A stretch of DNA of 11,661 nt from Azolla caroliniana. Its lineage: Eukaryota > Plantae > Polypodiophyta. The stretch covers positions 1 through 11,661 of the forward strand of contig JBHGNT010001140.1 in assembly GCA_043228905.1 (NCBI GenBank). The letters run 5' to 3'. The notes beneath the pieces were generated by a model. The model made no database searches, had not been told where the DNA came from, and worked only from the letters and a program-made list of their open reading frames with translations. Of the stretch, positions 8,170 through 11,661 are shown piece after piece; position 1 is the first letter of the stretch, and each line of letters begins with the position of its first letter. The translations under genes were made by a program, and so were the position numbers.

Positions 8170-8581
8170 CTGGCCCGGTTTGCATGGTGAGCCCATCAAG
8201 GCTATATTTGTAAATAGCCTAAATGTCATATAAGTATAAATATGACTTAGGGCAATTACCTGTGAAGACATGGTTATTGTGAGTTGTTGTAGAATTGTTG
8301 TACGCACACACACACACACACACACACACGAACACACACAGATACAAAACTAGTTTCTATTGTAACTGCCGGTTGGAGAAGACATAGAGCTCGAGGTCGT
8401 TGCCTTATAGTTTCTCATTGTATTCTTTTGTTTGCTATAGTGATAGTTGGAGTTTTTGGGCTCCTGTGGTTTTTCCTGAATAGGGTTTTCCACGTAAACA
8501 TCATGTGTCATCTCGGTTTCAGATTGTTCTTTTCTATTCCTTGTCGAAGACTCAGTTGTGACCGAGAGTTATTTCCGTACA
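8170..8581 (+). repeat. Diverged, 5'-incomplete LTR related to the element A family
   Basis: Colinear blocks shared with 1960-2350: GGCTATATTTGTAAATAG, GTCATAT..TATAAATATGACTTAGGGCAA, TCTATTGTAAC, AGCTCGAGGTCGTTGC, GGGTTTTCCACGTAAACATC, CTCAGTTGTGACCGAG. Probable end ...CCGTACA at 8581; left edge unclear. Confidence 0.8.
8305..8340 (+). repeat. (CA)n microsatellite, 12 perfect units plus an interrupted tail
   Basis: Direct reading. Confidence 0.95.
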
Positions 8582-9773
8582 CTTCCCTGGTCGACGCTTT
8601 GTCCGACCAACACCAGGTTCTTTGTGATTATCGGAACGTATAGTACGTTTATAAGCTTTCCCTTTCCTCCAACATGGCTTAAAGGGACTTCCTCGACATG
8701 CAGAATCGGGTGAGGGGTATCGTCTCCAGTTTTGACAATTCCCGGTTGTTCTGGTTTCTCCAAAAACTAAAACCACTCTTCATGGCTTGTCATGTGATTA
8801 GATGCTTCGGAATCAACATACCATACTTCCTCCGATCTGGAGTTCACCTTGTGCTTCATCTCGAAGGCTGGCCCTTTACCGATCTTCTTGGTTCCGAATC
8901 CTTCCGATCCTTCTATGTATTGCGAGCTCTGCCGGTTTCTATGTTTGGCCTTGTCGGATCCGGATTTGTCCGAATTGGCACGCTTTTTCTAGCTCCGCTT
9001 TCTCTATGGCCTTTCTTGCCACAATACCAGCATTTCGTGTCAGCCTTCCCTTGTCGGTTTCTGGAACTGTTGTCAGCATTGTCTCGGTGTCTTCGATTCT
9101 GCTCTTGCCGGCTGCCTCCATTGCGTGCTGGCCCACCTCGTCCTCCACGCCCACGGGGCCTGTCCGCCTCCGTGTATAGCATCTGATCGTCCAGTTGAGT
9201 GGTCCTTGACCCACTCGCGTGGTTTTGTTTGACCATTAGCATTGATTGCAGGTCGTAGAAGGACGGTGGCTTCTCCCGGGTGTAGATCATCGTCCGGATT
9301 GGCCCATACCGTTGTGCTAGACCACCAAGGCAGATTTGTACCATTTCGTCTTCGTCCACCGTATCATTGATGGACCCGAGCGTGTCACAAATCTCCTTTA
9401 TTTTGGTGATGTACTCAGTATTCGAAATATCTCTCTACCGGATGTTGTTCAACTCTTGCCAAAGCTGCAACTTACAGGTTGTGGTACTTGTAGTGAAAAT
9501 CTTCCGAAGATTTTCGCAGGCCTCCTTCGGTGTTTTTGCATCCTTGATGTAGCCAAGCATTTGATCATGCACACAGGATGCGAGGCAGTAAAGCACTCTA
9601 CCGGCTCCTTGTTCCCATGCCGGGAAGTCCTTGTGTGTCGGCTCCGGTTCTACCTCGTTAGTTCCTTCCACATAGCTCCAATATAAATGCTCTAGCAGGC
9701 ACTAGTGCAGTTTATACGACCAGGATGCATTGTTGCTCCGGTCAAGCTTTTTTGTGGGAAGCGAACTTGCCAT
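8582..9773 (-). pseudogene. gag: Element C gag-protease, disrupted
   Basis: ATG at 9773-9771: MASSLPTKKLDRSNNASWSYKLH*...AKTPKEACENLRKIF...KLQLWQELNNIR*...DEDEMVQICLGGL...KCWYCGKKGHRES, then EVWYVDSEASNHMTSHEEWF*FLEKPEQPG...VLYVPIITKNLV. Confidence 0.92.
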
Positions 9774-9868
9774 ACCTTTGTCCATCTCGATCGTCTTCTG
9801 TTCTTCACCGGGTGTTAGGGTTTGTCTTCAAAAGCGTATGTCAACTACAGAGAAGTCTCAACCCTCGC

Positions 9869-9880
9869 GCTCTGATGCCA
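9869..9880 (-). other. Primer-binding site (initiator tRNA-Met type) of element C
   Basis: TGGCATCAGAGC, one mismatch to canonical TGGTATCAGAGC, abutting LTR end ...TGACA at 9881. Confidence 0.9.
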
Positions 9881-10171
9881 TGTCAAAGTTAGCGTCTGGA
9901 AGCTTTGACAAAAACAGTTTATCCGAGTAGCGACAGAGAATAAAATAGGTTCAATGGAAACTTGAGAGTACTTAGCATATACGGGAGAGACAGAGAGAGA
10001 CCAGAACATAAAACTCAATTCAAAAAATAACAATCCTCTGTACATAGAATGTGCTCAGAGAGCACTTTTATGCAAGTGCATAAAGGACTGACATAAGTAT
10101 TGACAGGTACTTCAATGCTCATACGAGCGACTGACACTAATTCCCAGAAATATGCCTACGTACTAGGCTGG
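9881..10171 (-). repeat. 5' LTR of element C (3' portion; apparently interrupted by element D)
   Basis: Ends ...CTTTGACA next to the PBS; non-coding with a TC-rich tract. Right boundary inferred from the start of LTR D. Confidence 0.7.
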
Positions 10172-10613
10172 TGTTGTCTAGCGGGATCGTAACCACCGGA
10201 CATAACGCATGGAAAATAGACTATTATATTAGAAGTGTTAAAGTAACGCATGTAATGGTTTACGCAGGGAGCGTAACCGATTAGAAGCTCTGTGTATATA
10301 AGGGGCGAAAGACCATTGTAAAGAGCTAGCATATTTTGGAAGTGTTGTTTTAATATAGTTCTATTTTCTCTTATCTTCATATTCTGTTTGCTGATCTCTT
10401 GTTCTCGTTCCTCGTTCTATGTACAAGACTGCGTAGTAGTAAGCATAAGGTAAGTACATGTTGTGTAACGACGCGTCATCAGAGGTTTGATTATAGCCGG
10501 CTCCCTTACGCCTTACGAATCACGCACTACGTATCCCTATTCCCCTTGCACCACGATCACCTTGAAATCCACCCCGAAGGACTGAGAGTGGACAATGTTC
10601 CTAACCGGTAACA
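10172..10613 (+). repeat. Putative 5' LTR of element D (442 bp)
   Basis: TGTTGTC...GGTAACA (TGTT/AACA termini), TATATAA at 10295-10301, PBS-like motif 4 nt downstream. No second copy in the window to confirm. Confidence 0.6.
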
Positions 10614-10617
10614 GTTT

Positions 10618-10635
10618 TGGCACACATGGTGGTCT
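10618..10635 (+). other. Degenerate primer-binding site of element D (possibly tRNA-Arg type)
   Basis: TGGCACACATGGTGGTCT resembles TGGCACGCC(A/C)GGTGGGAC-type PBSs of Tat/Ogre-like elements, with several mismatches. Confidence 0.45.
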
Positions 10636-10950
10636 ATAAATCCTTGCAACCGAGCAAGCAAGTAATGGATGTCTAGCTGCCGAGGTATCAGAGAACCTAC
10701 TCGACAAGATCGACCACTAACTAGATCCATTACCCGACAGACAGAAGAACGCGCTACGCGGAAACCCCACCTCAACGACCACACCTCCTCTTTTCATGAG
10801 TACATGGTAAACTCCACGCTCACAGAACAGAGCAGCCTTGATCTCGAAGTCTTATCGCACCACGACCAATGTAGTGCGAACAAGCGTCACAGTAGCCCAC
10901 ACTGCGGAAACATTAACCTCCTCTTGCCGACCGTCACTGTCGTGGCCGAA

Positions 10951-11661
10951 ATGGCTTTCTCATACCCTCGTTTCAACGGAGAAATCGATGTTGTGAGCCA
11001 CATACCTTTGTTCCTCAATGTCTAGAAGGTCAACCACATGGCGCAACAGTTTCCAGAGGCCGAAGCCCACGAATCGAAGATCGCCGAGTTTAGGCTAACC
11101 TTGGATGGTCGAGCTGCGTGCTGGCAATCCCAGATGGATTTAGTAGCAATCACAACCTTCTACCAACTGCAATCGGCGTTCTTGTGCTTTTTTCATCGGA
11201 GGGTTCCACAACGTGAAATTATCTGTCAATTCTATACCATCAAGAAACTTCCAAAAGAATCCGTAGCGGATTTTAGTCTGCGTTTCCAGAGTTTACGGCG
11301 ACAACTCACACAGGCCCTGATAGACGATGACGCCAAGGAGATGTTTTTGGCAACCTTACGACGACCTATCAGGATGACACTGACCACGCACAATGTGAAA
11401 GAGGAGACGACGGATATGGTTACTGAGCAGGCGTTACAACTCGAATTAGAGGAGGAAGATGAAGGACTATCCATGCCATCGCTCCGGTAGGCGTTGCCTG
11501 AAGACGAGTAATATCGATTCCGCCAGGCCATTCAATGCACAAGAGGAAGATGAAGGACTATCCATGGCATCGATCCAGCAAGCATTGCCTCAAGACGAGG
11601 AATATCGATTCTGCCAAACCCCGACAGACAAGGAGGCCAAGGAGACGTTTTTGGCAACCTT
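10951..11661 (+). pseudogene. gag: Gypsy gag (Retrotrans_gag-like capsid), disrupted and internally duplicated
   Basis: ATG 10951: MAFSYPRFNGEIDVVSHI...V*KVNH...FRLTLDGRAACW...TTFYQLQSAFLCFF...FYTIKKLPKESVADFSLRFQSL. Stops at 11023-11025 and 11488-11490. Confidence 0.8.
11311..11661 (+). repeat. Direct duplications within element D gag
   Basis: 11452-11529 recurs at 11543-11620 (11 mismatches in 78 by my count); 11311-11357 recurs at 11615-11661 and runs off the window. Confidence 0.9.

Larger units (their letters stand above)
8582..10171 (-). mobile_element. Element C: Ty1/copia 5' half (partial 5' LTR, PBS, gag, protease), same family as B
   Basis: 8582-9480 aligns with 2737-2921 plus 3647-4400; PBS and LTR end found upstream of gag. 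Confidence 0.92.
10172..11661 (+). mobile_element. Element D: Ty3/gypsy 5' end (LTR, PBS, leader, gag), probably non-chromoviral
   Basis: LTR-like block followed by a TGG-initiated PBS-like motif and a gypsy-type capsid gag. Confidence 0.75.

Noticed and set aside
2380-10171. B and C as two halves of one element split by G
   Set aside because: They overlap in homologous sequence (mid-gag to protease present in both) and are diverged, so they are separate copies.
10159-10458. Alternative LTR D boundaries CGTACT...AGTACA
   Set aside because: Does not start with TG and is not followed by a TGG PBS; 10172-10613 fits better, though unconfirmed.

Overview
Eukaryotic (plant) intergenic DNA made almost entirely of nested, decayed LTR retrotransposons; I find no host gene and no intact ORF. 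Left to right: (A) 3' half of a Tnt1-like Ty1/copia element (RT-RNase H, PPT, 3' LTR 1757-2379, + strand), inserted into (B) a minus-strand copia gag-protease-integrase remnant (2380-4400). B also carries an A-family solo LTR with a perfect AGAAT target-site duplication (2922-3646) and is cut by (G) a minus-strand Ty3/gypsy chromovirus with a canonical chromodomain (3' LTR 4401-4827, pol to 7522). G's RT is cut by a further LTR-like element (E, 7523 to about 8120). Then come a diverged third A-family LTR piece (about 8170-8581), a second B-family copia (C: protease, gag, PBS, 5' LTR, 8582-10171) and the 5' end of another gypsy element (D: LTR, PBS, gag with internal duplications, 10172-11661). 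The Tcn1-like chromovirus suggests a non-seed plant such as a fern, lycophyte or bryophyte (inference). The most unusual signal is a tRNA-like RNA polymerase III A-box/B-box cassette, with tRNA-like spacing, lying antisense in the U3 of G's LTR and again at the equivalent position of E. Also notable, all three A-family LTR junctions fall within about 540 bp of B/C-family pol. All alignments were done by eye; no searches were run.
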